24,000 bases of DNA from positions 878 to 24,877 of the forward strand of contig JAPDKD010000054.1 of assembly GCA_029258735.1 (NCBI GenBank). Direction: 5' to 3'. Source of the stretch: an archaeon (GTDB lineage: Archaea; Thermoproteota; Thermoprotei; Thermofilales; JAPDKD01). Every line of letters begins with the position of its first letter. The stretch's first letter is position 1. The notes beneath the pieces were generated by a model that searched no databases, had not been told where the DNA came from, and saw only the letters and a program-made list of their open reading frames with translations. Shown here one piece after another: positions 1 to 8,361 of the stretch. A program made the translations under genes and the position numbers.

Positions 1-242
1 ATAATGTTCTCGCTGTAATGAAATCTAGCCTAGACGAGTATCCCGCAAAAAAGGCTAAGGGCAGTATCACGAAGTGCATAATTAATATTAAAATACGCAG
101 CTTAACAGGTACTTGTCTATACTTGTTATTTCCCAGCATTACTATTCACATCTGATTTATGAACTTACAAATATAACTACTTCGCGCAATGTCTGCATTA
201 ACTGTTTTAAGTGTGAAAGAATAGCTATTACGGAGAAGCTCA

Positions 243-701
243 ATGAATATTGTAGTGTTTCTAAAAGAAGACAAGAAAGGGACCGAGATACTTGTAGGGG
301 AAGAAACTCTAGCTGAGCTTTTATGTCAGAAATTCCAAGGCAAAATGGTGGAAGATGAAGCTGGATGGATTATTAAAACAGACCTGCCCATATCGGATGT
401 CGCCAAAATGCTTGAGAAGTTGGAACTTCCTCAGGGAAAAATTGATGTCCATTACTTCGATATAATGTTGGAAGCAAAAAATGCTGGAAAAGGTGTAGCG
501 CGGTGCCCTGTCTGCGGTTCTACAAATATTCATTTATCAACTTTAAGTGGATGGTTAACTCCTCAGCTCTACGTGTGTGAAGACTGCGGATATATTGGAC
601 GCTTTGTCCTAATTGTAGAGGAGAGTGAAAAGGAAGATGAAAGCCAGCCTTTCAAAAAGAGAATTAGCCAAAAGAATAGACCACACCATACTGAAGCCTA
701 A
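243..701 (+). CDS. hypothetical Zn-ribbon protein
   Basis: 152-aa ORF. GGAG at 232-235 lies 7 nt upstream of the ATG. It has a CPVC...CEDC four-Cys ribbon and an acidic/basic tail. The 3' end overlaps deoC out of frame. Confidence 0.5.
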   Translation: MNIVVFLKEDKKGTEILVGEETLAELLCQKFQGKMVEDEAGWIIKTDLPISDVAKMLEKLELPQGKIDVHYFDIMLEAKNAGKGVARCPVCGSTNIHLSTLSGWLTPQLYVCEDCGYIGRFVLIVEESEKEDESQPFKKRISQKNRPHHTEA

Positions 702-1341
702 TGCTGATTGGAGCAAAGTAAAGCAAGTATGTGAAAAAGCGGTCAGCTATGACTTTAGGGGGTGTTGCATCCCCCCTATTTACCTTAAAAAGGCGAAGGA
801 GGTTCTCTCCACTGGCAGGACAAGATTAGTTACAGTTGTTGGCTTCCCCTTAGGATATAGTCTCGGCGAAATAAAGGTAGCTGAAGTGGAGAGATGTATT
901 CAGCGGGGCGCGGACGACGTCGACATGGTGATGAACGTCTCGCTATTCAAAAGCGGAGAAATAGATATTGTAAGGAAGGAAATAGAAAGGGCGGCGGAAA
1001 TAGCGCATAGTTACGGTGCCGTTCTAAAAGTAATAATAGAGACTTCTCTATTAACGCCAAGTGAAATAGTAAAGGCGAGCGAACTCGTAGTAGCAGCAGG
1101 AGCAGATTTCGTGAAAACTAATACTGGCTTCGGTGCGCGCGGAGTAGCGCCCAGCGACGTAATGCTCATAAAGAAGGCAACAGCCTACTCGGGGGTAAAA
1201 ATAAAGGCTGCAGGAGGTATAAGAACAGCACTGGACGCCCTCCTTTACATTTCGTTGGGAGCTGATGTGATCGGCACGAGTTCAGGCGTAAAAATAATTA
1301 ACGAGTACGATTCACTATTATCTACAGTTCAACAATCGTGA
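625..1341 (+). CDS. deoC: deoxyribose-phosphate aldolase (class I aldolase, DeoC family)
   Basis: The N-terminus [12 protein letters not shown] is typical of DeoC. Also present: [26 protein letters not shown] (Schiff-base Lys context) and KAAGGIR. The start is either GTG 625 or ATG 637. Confidence 0.85.
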   Translation: MKRKMKASLSKRELAKRIDHTILKPNADWSKVKQVCEKAVSYDFRGCCIPPIYLKKAKEVLSTGRTRLVTVVGFPLGYSLGEIKVAEVERCIQRGADDVDMVMNVSLFKSGEIDIVRKEIERAAEIAHSYGAVLKVIIETSLLTPSEIVKASELVVAAGADFVKTNTGFGARGVAPSDVMLIKKATAYSGVKIKAAGGIRTALDALLYISLGADVIGTSSGVKIINEYDSLLSTVQQS

Positions 1342-1357
1342 AAGTAGATGGAGGCAG

Positions 1358-2401
1358 ATGTCGATGAAAACATCGCGACAAGTCGGAATAGTAGGCTATG
1401 GAGCGTACGTACCCATATACAGAATAAAAAACCAAGAAATAGCTAGAGTATGGGGTAAATCGACGTGGCCTATAAAGGAGAAAAGCGTGCCCGGCTTAGA
1501 TGAAGATTCTCTTACAATGGCATATGAAGCATCATATAATGCCGTAAAAAGGGCTCAAATACCGCCCGAAGAAATAGAAGCCGTCTACGTGGGCTCGGAA
1601 AGCCCCCCATACGCCGTTAAGCCGTCGGCAACAGTAATTGCCGAAGCTTTGGGCATAACGCCGCGACTAATAGCTATCGATATGGAATTTGCTTGTAGGG
1701 CGGGAACAACGGCGCTGCAGAGCGTTATAGGTCTGGTAGGTAGTGGAATGATAAAATATGGGCTTGCAGTTGGAACCGATACTGCTCAGGGCAGACCTGG
1801 AGACGCTTTGGAATTTACGGCTGCCGCCGGAGCAGCGGCATTCATCGTCGGAAAAGGTGAAGAAGCTCTGGCAGAAATAGAAGCCACATATTCCTATGTA
1901 ACAGATACTCCGGATTTTTGGCGTCGTGAAGGGCAAAAATATCCTAGACATGGTGGACGCTTTACGGGAGACCCTGCCTATTTTAAGCACATAGTTGAGG
2001 CTGCGCGAGGGTTAATGAGCGAGGCTGGTCTAGCCCCCCAAGACTTCGACTATGTGGTGTTTCATCAGCCAAACTTGAAATTTCCCTTGAGAGTTGCTAA
2101 AAGGCTAGGTTTCAGTAAGGAGCAGGTAAGTGCTGGGCTTTTATCGGGTATTATCGGCAATACTTACGCCGCCGCGTCTATGATAGGCTTAGCAGCGGTT
2201 TTAGATAAGGCTAAACCAGGCGAGCGGATACTCGTAGTGTCTTTTGGAAGCGGTGCTGGAAGCGACGCAATAAGCTTAGTTACGACCGAGCTTCTTGAAC
2301 AAAAGAGGAGCTTAGCCCCGCTCGTTGAAAGCTACATCAATCGCAGGATATACGTGGACTACGCGACATATGCAAAGTTTAGGGGTAAAATAATGAGGTG
2401 A
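1358..2401 (+). CDS. archaeal hydroxymethylglutaryl-CoA synthase
   Basis: 347 aa. Motifs: [11 protein letters not shown], catalytic Cys context [17 protein letters not shown] and SFGSGAG. GGAGG at 1349-1353 precedes the start. Tightly linked to the thiolase and DUF35 genes. Confidence 0.9.
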   Translation: MSMKTSRQVGIVGYGAYVPIYRIKNQEIARVWGKSTWPIKEKSVPGLDEDSLTMAYEASYNAVKRAQIPPEEIEAVYVGSESPPYAVKPSATVIAEALGITPRLIAIDMEFACRAGTTALQSVIGLVGSGMIKYGLAVGTDTAQGRPGDALEFTAAAGAAAFIVGKGEEALAEIEATYSYVTDTPDFWRREGQKYPRHGGRFTGDPAYFKHIVEAARGLMSEAGLAPQDFDYVVFHQPNLKFPLRVAKRLGFSKEQVSAGLLSGIIGNTYAAASMIGLAAVLDKAKPGERILVVSFGSGAGSDAISLVTTELLEQKRSLAPLVESYINRRIYVDYATYAKFRGKIMR

Positions 2402-2408
2402 GAGACCG

Positions 2409-3575
2409 ATGAGAAAAGTATACGTAGCTGGCATAGGAGCCACAAAGATAAGGGAGCACTGGGAGGTATCCCTGAGAGAACTCTTGGTAAAAGCCGCTCA
2501 AAAAGCAATAGAAGACTCAAATATTGAGAAAAAGAAGATTCAGGCAGCATTTATTGGAAACATGTCTTCTGGCGTTCTTCAGGGACAGGAACACTTGGGA
2601 AGTTTGTTTGCAACGTGGATGGGAATACCCGGCATAGCCGCTTCAAAGGTTGAAGCTGCATGCGCCAGCGGAGGAGCCGCATTTCATAGCGCTTACTTAG
2701 CAGTTGCATCAGGAATGTATGATTGCGTAATAGCTCTAGGCGTAGAAAAGATGTCGGATGCGTTAACAGGCGATGTCACAGCAGCGCTGATAATGGCCGA
2801 CGATCAAGACTACGTTGCATTTACTGGCGCTTCTTTTGTTGGTCTAAACGCGTTAGTTTATAGAGCCTACATGAAGAAGTATGGGGCTAAACAGGAGGAC
2901 ATCGCTCTCTTCGCCGTGCATGACCACAAGTATGCTGTCAATAATGAGCTTGCGCAGTTCAGAAGGGAATTCTCCCTAGAGGACGTGCTAAAGTCTCCCT
3001 TAATAGCTGATCCCATAAGATTGCTGGAATGTGCTCCAACGGGCGACGGCGCGGCTGCCGTAGTGCTTTGTTCAGAAGAATATTTAAAGGAAGCCAACAA
3101 TGAGGTTAAGATAGAGGTAGCTGCTTCTACTCTTGCCACAGATATCCTTAGCTTGCATGATAGGGACGATTTGACTACCTTGCAGGCAACGGTGAGAGCG
3201 GCTGAAAAAGCCTATAAGATGGCTAAAATATCACCTTCCGACGTTGACGTCCTAGAGGTACATGACGCCTTCACTATACTAGGCGTTATACATCTGGAGG
3301 ACCTAGGTTTTGCAAAGAAAGGAGAGGGATGGAAGCTGGTAAAAGAAGGGGAAATCGAGCTTGGCGGCAAAATACCAACGAACCTCATGGGAGGGCTAAA
3401 AGCTCGGGGGCATCCTGTAGGTGCTACGGGAATATACCAAATATATGATGCAGTAACGCAGCTAAAAGGAGAAGCAGGTAAAAACCAAGTTGACGACGCG
3501 GAAGTAGCGCTAGCGCAGAACGTGGGTGGAGTAGGCGGCACCGTTTCCATTAATATTTTTAGGAGGGTGAGATGA
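2409..3575 (+). CDS. acetyl-CoA C-acetyltransferase (archaeal thiolase)
   Basis: 388 aa. Motifs: active-site Cys context VEAACASGGAAF, EVHDAF, GHPVGATG and NVGGVGGT. Only a 7-nt gap after the HMGCS gene. Confidence 0.9.
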   Translation: MRKVYVAGIGATKIREHWEVSLRELLVKAAQKAIEDSNIEKKKIQAAFIGNMSSGVLQGQEHLGSLFATWMGIPGIAASKVEAACASGGAAFHSAYLAVASGMYDCVIALGVEKMSDALTGDVTAALIMADDQDYVAFTGASFVGLNALVYRAYMKKYGAKQEDIALFAVHDHKYAVNNELAQFRREFSLEDVLKSPLIADPIRLLECAPTGDGAAAVVLCSEEYLKEANNEVKIEVAASTLATDILSLHDRDDLTTLQATVRAAEKAYKMAKISPSDVDVLEVHDAFTILGVIHLEDLGFAKKGEGWKLVKEGEIELGGKIPTNLMGGLKARGHPVGATGIYQIYDAVTQLKGEAGKNQVDDAEVALAQNVGGVGGTVSINIFRRVR

Positions 3576-3576
3576 G

Positions 3577-3981
3577 ATGGTGAAAGCTAATAGTATACCT
3601 CGAGTATGGAGAGAAAGAACGATAAAGTACAGGCTCATAGGGGGCAAATGCAAGAAATGCGGCAAAAGCTTCTATCCATTTAGGCGCATATGCCCAAGGT
3701 GCGGAAGCGAAGAAATCGAGGAGGTTCACCTTCCACGAGAAGGAAAGCTGCTATATTACACGGTTATAAGGGCCCCTCCCTCAGATTTTGAGGAATACGC
3801 GCCGTATGTTGTCGGCATAGTTGAGCTGAAAGATGGTACAAGAGTATTAGCACAGATTACCGACGTTGTTGAAGACCAGTTAGAGGAGGGAGTCGATGTA
3901 GAAGCGGTATTCAGAAAATACAGGGAGCAGGGTAAAGAAGGAATAATAGAATACGGGATAAAGTTCCGCCCCAAAACCTAA
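3577..3981 (+). CDS. DUF35 OB-fold/Zn-ribbon protein (scaffold of the thiolase/HMGCS complex)
   Basis: 134 aa. CKKCGKSFYPFRRICPRCGS zinc ribbon followed by an OB-like segment (VVGIVELKDGTRVLAQI). The start is 1 nt after the thiolase stop. Confidence 0.85.
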   Translation: MVKANSIPRVWRERTIKYRLIGGKCKKCGKSFYPFRRICPRCGSEEIEEVHLPREGKLLYYTVIRAPPSDFEEYAPYVVGIVELKDGTRVLAQITDVVEDQLEEGVDVEAVFRKYREQGKEGIIEYGIKFRPKT

Positions 3982-3984
3982 AAA

Positions 3985-3997
3985 TTCTATTTTTTCC
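3985..3997 (+). terminator. oligo-T tract after the mevalonate trio
   Basis: TTCTATTTTTTCC lies 4 nt after the DUF35 stop. Archaeal termination commonly uses T-runs. The next gene starts only 12 nt later, so read-through is possible. Confidence 0.25.
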
Positions 3998-4008
3998 TAA
4001 ACATTCTC

Positions 4009-4320
4009 ATGGAAACGTTAAGGCAACGCATACTTCAAGTGTTAGAAGAAGCCGACAGTCCTCTCACCGTGGACGAAATAGGAGCAGCGCTTGATATTCC
4101 AGTGAGGGAGCGTAAACGTCTATACGAGGAGCTAGTGCATTTAGCAAAAACCGTGGAGAGAAAAAGCGGAGGAGCAATGAGAATAATGTACGAGCCTCCC
4201 AGGTGCGTGCATTGCGGCTATGTCTTTAAGGATCTAAAGAGAATTAGGAGGCCTAGCCGATGCCCAAAATGCAAAAGCGAGAGGATACTGCCTCCGCGTT
4301 TTATTCTTTTGAAGAAGTAA
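4009..4320 (+). CDS. transcriptional regulator, N-terminal HTH fused to a C-terminal Zn-ribbon
   Basis: 103 aa. RILQVLEEADSPLTVDEIGAALDI is a winged-helix-like segment. The ribbon is CVHCG...CPKCKS. The 3' end overlaps the convergent gene by 20 nt. Confidence 0.6.
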   Translation: METLRQRILQVLEEADSPLTVDEIGAALDIPVRERKRLYEELVHLAKTVERKSGGAMRIMYEPPRCVHCGYVFKDLKRIRRPSRCPKCKSERILPPRFILLKK

Positions 4321-5350
4321 TCTTCCTCAAAACGGTCAATACTATTGCTGAGACAATCGCCGGCAACGCAGTATCCGTTGAAAGCGTTATGCCTGGCGCT
4401 ATGTCTATTATTAGAGAAGCCTGCCTCAGTATTCCAGTCGGTATACCCTCTCTGGCACCAACTAAAACATTAACCCTTTTACTTTTTGCAATTATTTCAT
4501 AGAGCGAGTCTTCCACTTCAGTAATTACTTTTCCCCTAGTTGACGTAGCTATAATTGGTTCTCCCCTTCTATCTCTTACGAATTGATACATGTCTTGAAG
4601 CTTCAAAGGCACAGCCCTAACTTCCCTTGCATATGACTTCCTTTGAATTTCTAGCCGAGAATTTACTCCCTCCAAGAGGCCAGAAAGAAAAGCGTTTAAC
4701 TCTTTGACTTCTACTGATTTTATTGGAGCTACGACATATTCTCGTAATTCAAAAGTTTGCACGGCTCTGCCTATTCTCAGCCCCAAATTTTTTGCTGCGG
4801 ATAATGGACCAGTATAAGGTATTTGTGCAATGGAAATTTTTCTAAGCAAACTTAGGACTTCCGGCTTTCCAGGATACTTCTTCTTCAGTTCCTCCTTTCC
4901 ATCAATGATTCCGATATATGCCTTCTCATCTATTATCTCGATAAGAACTATTTTATCTGGATACGTTAGGTTTACTGGGGCACCTGTAGCTTTTTGTACA
5001 GCGGCGCCAGCTGCTACATTAACATCCAAAGAAGTATAGCTATGTCTTCCTCGCCGTGTGGTTCTTACAGCAAAGCTTTCATCTCGGGCGATTCTTTCTT
5101 TAGCTATTTCTGCCGCACTTTCTGCTATATCCTTTAAATCTGTGGGAGATACTGCAAGCACCTTAAAGACCTTTTCTATTTCGGGAATCTCCTTTAATTC
5201 GCTTAGAACGTCTTCTTCTGTTTCAACTAACACGATTCCCTTATAGCCATGTGGTCGCGGTATACACTTTGCAGATGGAATTATTTCCCGTATAGCGGAG
5301 GCAGCAACTCTTTCTAATTCCTTTAAAGTTTTTACGAAGAAGATAGGCAT
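4301..5350 (-). CDS. THUMP domain protein fused to a SPOUT-like (knotted) RNA methyltransferase domain
   Basis: 349 aa. THUMP core: ESFAVRTTRRGRHSYTSLDVNVAAGAAVQKATGAPVNLTYPDKIVLIEII. The C-terminal VNVLVGAREGIPTGILRQASLIIDIAPGITLSTDTALPAIVSAIV resembles the SPOUT knot motif. Confidence 0.65.
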   Translation of the reverse strand: MPIFFVKTLKELERVAASAIREIIPSAKCIPRPHGYKGIVLVETEEDVLSELKEIPEIEKVFKVLAVSPTDLKDIAESAAEIAKERIARDESFAVRTTRRGRHSYTSLDVNVAAGAAVQKATGAPVNLTYPDKIVLIEIIDEKAYIGIIDGKEELKKKYPGKPEVLSLLRKISIAQIPYTGPLSAAKNLGLRIGRAVQTFELREYVVAPIKSVEVKELNAFLSGLLEGVNSRLEIQRKSYAREVRAVPLKLQDMYQFVRDRRGEPIIATSTRGKVITEVEDSLYEIIAKSKRVNVLVGAREGIPTGILRQASLIIDIAPGITLSTDTALPAIVSAIVLTVLRKITSSKE

Positions 5351-5355
5351 CGAAA

Positions 5356-6651
5356 CTAATATACAAACTTCGCTATAAAAAATCCTATTGTCCTATCTCT
5401 ATGCGGGAAAAGCCTTCTCACCTTCTCTGAGAAGACATATCTACTGTATCCAGGCGAACCAAAAGGAGAAGGTTCCAATTTAACTTTTTCGACAAAAGGA
5501 GCTATAACTTCTTCTCCCTCTTCCGGTAGCAAGGAGCAGGTAGCGTATATTAACTCTCCTTCTGTTTTTACGTACGTGAGTAATACGGCTAGCAGCTTTT
5601 TTTGAAGTATAGAATATTTCTCTATGAACGGTTTCTTCCAGAGAGCTAATCTAAGCCCGGGATCGGAGCCTAGAGATCCAGTATTCGTGCAAGGTGCATC
5701 TAAAAGTATTTTATCAAATTTCTTTTTGAAAGGGGGAAAAGAGGAATCAGTGCGAATTATGTCCACGTTATTAATGCCTAGCCTGCTAAATATCTTGATC
5801 ATTTCCTTAATCCTTTTATGGGATAGATCGGCAGCTAAAATCCTGGCTCCAGCTAATTGGGCTATATGCGAAGTTTTTATTCCCGGTGCAGCTGCGGCGT
5901 CTAGAATAGTCTCATAACTATGGGGATCCAAACTATGCACTACAATTGCGCTGCCCTTTTCTTCAATTATAAAGCCGCCCTTAGCAAAAAGCGAGTGCTT
6001 TGATAGCTTCTCTCTCCCCCTCACAACCTCGTACATGAAGGGAATATTTGAGCACTTGCGAACCATGATATTATCTTTTTTCAAAGCGTTGAGAACGTAA
6101 GTCTCATCAAACTTTATCGTGTTTATCCTTATCCACGTCGGCTGTTTTTTCATCGCATTAAGAAGCTTTAACGTTTCCTCGCGACCCATAAGTTCCAGAA
6201 GCTTCTCGACGAGCCAAGGAGGCGATACGTATTCAACAGCAAATTTATGGTGAAGGGGAAGCTTTTCTAATGCATGATCAGTCCATTCAAGGTTTCTCTC
6301 AGAAAGTAGATTCCAGAGTTTTTTACTCAGTAAACCTCCACGTAATGTTGATAGGTCATCTTTGCTGCATTGTCTGCTTTTCAATAAAGCGAAGGCTACG
6401 CGAAAAGCGTTTTTTCGCCTAAGGGGCGTTTTTTCCAGCCTTTCTCTTTTTAATAGAAGATCTGCTTTGGGGAAATGCTCTAAAGCCAGCAGGGCATAAC
6501 TATATCCCTCCTTTATATCGCTCGGTACCTTCCTTTCTATCTTTTTTAAGGCATCTCGAAAGGCCGAGTCTAAGGTTTGCCTCCTTCTTTCAATGATCTC
6601 TAATGTTAGAGAAGCTAATCTAAATCCCGTAACACTCATAGTATCATACAC
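5356..6651 (-). CDS. NOL1/NOP2/Sun-family RNA cytosine-C5 methyltransferase
   Basis: 431 aa. Motifs: SAM motif LDAAAAPGIKT, motif IV LLDAPCTNTGS and motif VI YATCSLLPEEGE. The ORF-track start is GTG 6651. ATG 6639 fits better with a minus-strand TTTTAAAA box at 6665-6672, which would make it leaderless. Confidence 0.85.
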   Translation of the reverse strand: MYDTMSVTGFRLASLTLEIIERRRQTLDSAFRDALKKIERKVPSDIKEGYSYALLALEHFPKADLLLKRERLEKTPLRRKNAFRVAFALLKSRQCSKDDLSTLRGGLLSKKLWNLLSERNLEWTDHALEKLPLHHKFAVEYVSPPWLVEKLLELMGREETLKLLNAMKKQPTWIRINTIKFDETYVLNALKKDNIMVRKCSNIPFMYEVVRGREKLSKHSLFAKGGFIIEEKGSAIVVHSLDPHSYETILDAAAAPGIKTSHIAQLAGARILAADLSHKRIKEMIKIFSRLGINNVDIIRTDSSFPPFKKKFDKILLDAPCTNTGSLGSDPGLRLALWKKPFIEKYSILQKKLLAVLLTYVKTEGELIYATCSLLPEEGEEVIAPFVEKVKLEPSPFGSPGYSRYVFSEKVRRLFPHRDRTIGFFIAKFVY

Positions 6652-6702
6652 GGTTGCTAGTTATGTTTTAAAAACCGCGAGACTGGTTTAAGTTTTCTGC
6701 TA

Positions 6703-6712
6703 TTATTTAAAT
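6703..6712 (+). promoter_or_regulatory. TATA-like box (TTATTTAAAT)
   Basis: A/T box in the divergent spacer. The predicted TSS is near 6733-6736, which would place the palindrome below at or just after the TSS of the 6805 gene. Confidence 0.3.
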
Positions 6713-6737
6713 TTAGCGATGTGCAAACTTGCACACC

Positions 6738-6765
6738 TGTGCATGTGCATGCACATGCACATGCA
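6738..6765. repeat. 28-nt alternating pyrimidine-purine tract containing a 24-bp perfect palindrome (6738-6761), within an array of seven TGCA cores (6722-6765)
   Basis: Read directly: TGTGCATGTGCA|TGCACATGCACA is its own reverse complement. The Y-R alternation is unbroken from T6738 to A6765. An adjacent inverted repeat is GTGCAA(6721-6726)/TTGCAC(6729-6734). Confidence 0.95.
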
Positions 6766-6804
6766 ATTTATGATTTGCCTCTGCTGAATAAGCTCGGTGA
6801 AAAC

Positions 6805-7383
6805 ATGAGTTTAATTAAATGGATTCTTATAGGTGTCGGATTCTTAGTGTTATTTCACGTTTCAAAAATACTTAGCCTGTTAATCTTAGCGGGATATATA
6901 ATATATAAATTGACTGGACGAATAAGAAATAACATAGAGGATAAAAAGGGATTCAAAAGAAAACTAAAAATAACTACTAAAATTAACGAAAATTTCTCAA
7001 ATAAAAATAAAATGATACATGTTGTGGAAAACAGCGAGGATAAATACATTTCAATAGGCATAGGCAAGTGGCTAAAACCCTCAAAGTACATATTATCCTC
7101 TTCGAAGGCCTTCCAAGAGATTGTCAACGACCTTTCCTTATTTTCTTCAGAAACAGGGACAGATCTTTTTCTTATTGCTAACTTAAGGTCTTTAATGAAG
7201 GAGCCAGAAATTATACTTGCCCCGGTGTGCAGGGAACTATCTCTAATAAGTGCTGCCAAAAAACTTAACGCAATCGACGACGCAATAGCCTCCTACCTAG
7301 CAGTAAAAGGGTACGCTTTTGAAAAGAAAAAATCAGATAAGTCAGAGGATGTGGTTGCAATTGCAAGTAATAGTTCTATCTAA
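6805..7383 (+). CDS. hypothetical membrane protein (2 N-terminal TM helices plus a cytoplasmic domain)
   Basis: The start is moved to ATG 6805, which has GGTGA at 6795-6799 upstream. The TM segments are WILIGVGFLVLFHV and LSLLILAGYIIY. No family recognised. Contains a P-loop-like remnant, ISIGIGKW. Confidence 0.5.
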   Translation: MSLIKWILIGVGFLVLFHVSKILSLLILAGYIIYKLTGRIRNNIEDKKGFKRKLKITTKINENFSNKNKMIHVVENSEDKYISIGIGKWLKPSKYILSSSKAFQEIVNDLSLFSSETGTDLFLIANLRSLMKEPEIILAPVCRELSLISAAKKLNAIDDAIASYLAVKGYAFEKKKSDKSEDVVAIASNSSI

Positions 7384-8332
7384 ATTGCCGGATAGCGTAG
7401 AAAACGGCATCCTTTTCACAAATAATATTTCAAAAGCTTCTCAACCAGTATTTTGTGTGCATAAAAATATGCTAAGATTTGCCGCTTACGGCTTCGTTGC
7501 TGATAAATTACTAACATTCAAAGATTATAATCGCCTTCTTTTTCTCTCTAGATATCTAAACAAGGACTATATAGCAATCAGCGACCTAGCATGTATTGCC
7601 CCTCTGACTCTTTTTGAGACATTTTTAGCTGTTAGCCCCTATTTTTCTAACAGTCCTTCAAAAATGGAAAAAGCATACTATGTTGATCCTATATTTTACA
7701 ATACGTCAATTCTTTCGACAGTAGCTAGCGAATTATCTTCACGGAGAGCGTTTGAATCAATCATATTAGATTACGCCGACTTTCTAGATGAAGCTACACT
7801 TAAAGTTTTAAATCTTCTACTTCAAGGATTAAACGTAAATATATACTTAGTCTTCTATAACTTAAATAAGGCTTTGAAGCTTTCGACAGCATCTCGAATA
7901 GACATGTACGGCGGCGTCTTAAGTGTAGCCGCGCTCAAGCGATTAAGAATAGAAAGATATCTTCCTCCAACGCTTGAAAGCGTCTTTAATCCTGGCGAAG
8001 TTACAATAAACAGGAGGAAGGGTTTTCTCTCCATAGTTTCACCTATCAAAGAAGAAAAAGTTCAAAACTTCCTATTAACAAGCCAATCACAGGAAAGGAT
8101 CGATCTGAAGAGCATTTTTGGACAAAAAAGCGAGAGAATACTTGAGCTTTTAAGAGAACTTCACAGCGTGGGAGGCGTTGCACTCTATCAAGCATTTTTG
8201 GAGTGGGCACACACATTGAACCTCAAAGTTCAAGACGTACTAAAGTTAATATATACAGAATATATTTCCATCGAAAGACATTCCTCAAGTTTATACGTAA
8301 AGTTAAGTTACAAAGGTTTCCACATAATTTAA
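7319..8332 (+). CDS. hypothetical protein with a C-terminal winged-helix-like domain; possible decayed archaeal-ATPase-like core
   Basis: 337-aa ORF with alternative starts at 7349 and 7469. Walker-B-like IILDYADFLDEAT, but no Walker A. The C-terminal ERILELLRELHSVGGVALYQAFLEW is wHTH-like. Overlaps the upstream ORF by up to 65 nt in another frame. Confidence 0.45.
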   Translation: MKRKNQISQRMWLQLQVIVLSKLPDSVENGILFTNNISKASQPVFCVHKNMLRFAAYGFVADKLLTFKDYNRLLFLSRYLNKDYIAISDLACIAPLTLFETFLAVSPYFSNSPSKMEKAYYVDPIFYNTSILSTVASELSSRRAFESIILDYADFLDEATLKVLNLLLQGLNVNIYLVFYNLNKALKLSTASRIDMYGGVLSVAALKRLRIERYLPPTLESVFNPGEVTINRRKGFLSIVSPIKEEKVQNFLLTSQSQERIDLKSIFGQKSERILELLRELHSVGGVALYQAFLEWAHTLNLKVQDVLKLIYTEYISIERHSSSLYVKLSYKGFHII

Positions 8333-8361
8333 TAAACTAGAAGAGATGAAAAATAAAAGAG

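Noticed and set aside
3-165. Frame-3 ORF open from the left edge (…NVLAVMKSSLDEYPAKKAKGSITKCIINIKIRSL…)
   Set aside because: The ORF is short, has no recognisable motif, and its distal half looks non-coding and A+T-rich. It may be the tail of an upstream gene, but I cannot support a call. Frame 1 also has a stop at 16-18.
113-316. 67-aa ORF overlapping the start of the Zn-ribbon gene
   Set aside because: It has no SD or TATA context and an odd composition. It is displaced by the better-supported ORF at 243-701.
4260-4502. 80-aa plus-strand ORF after the HTH-Zn-ribbon gene
   Set aside because: It is antisense to the well-supported SPOUT C-terminus of the 4301-5350 gene, so it is a shadow ORF.
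6721-6804. GTG-initiated N-terminal extension MQTCTPVHVHAHAHAIYDL… on the membrane protein
   Set aside because: The His/Ala repeat is just the translation of the TGCA/GCACAT palindromic tract. There is no SD upstream, whereas ATG 6805 has GGTGA 6 nt upstream. I treat it as regulatory DNA, but this is not proven.
6855-7259. 134-aa minus-strand ORF inside the 6805-7383 gene
   Set aside because: This is an A+T-rich shadow frame with no start context or motifs. The plus strand has an SD-preceded ATG and TM helices.
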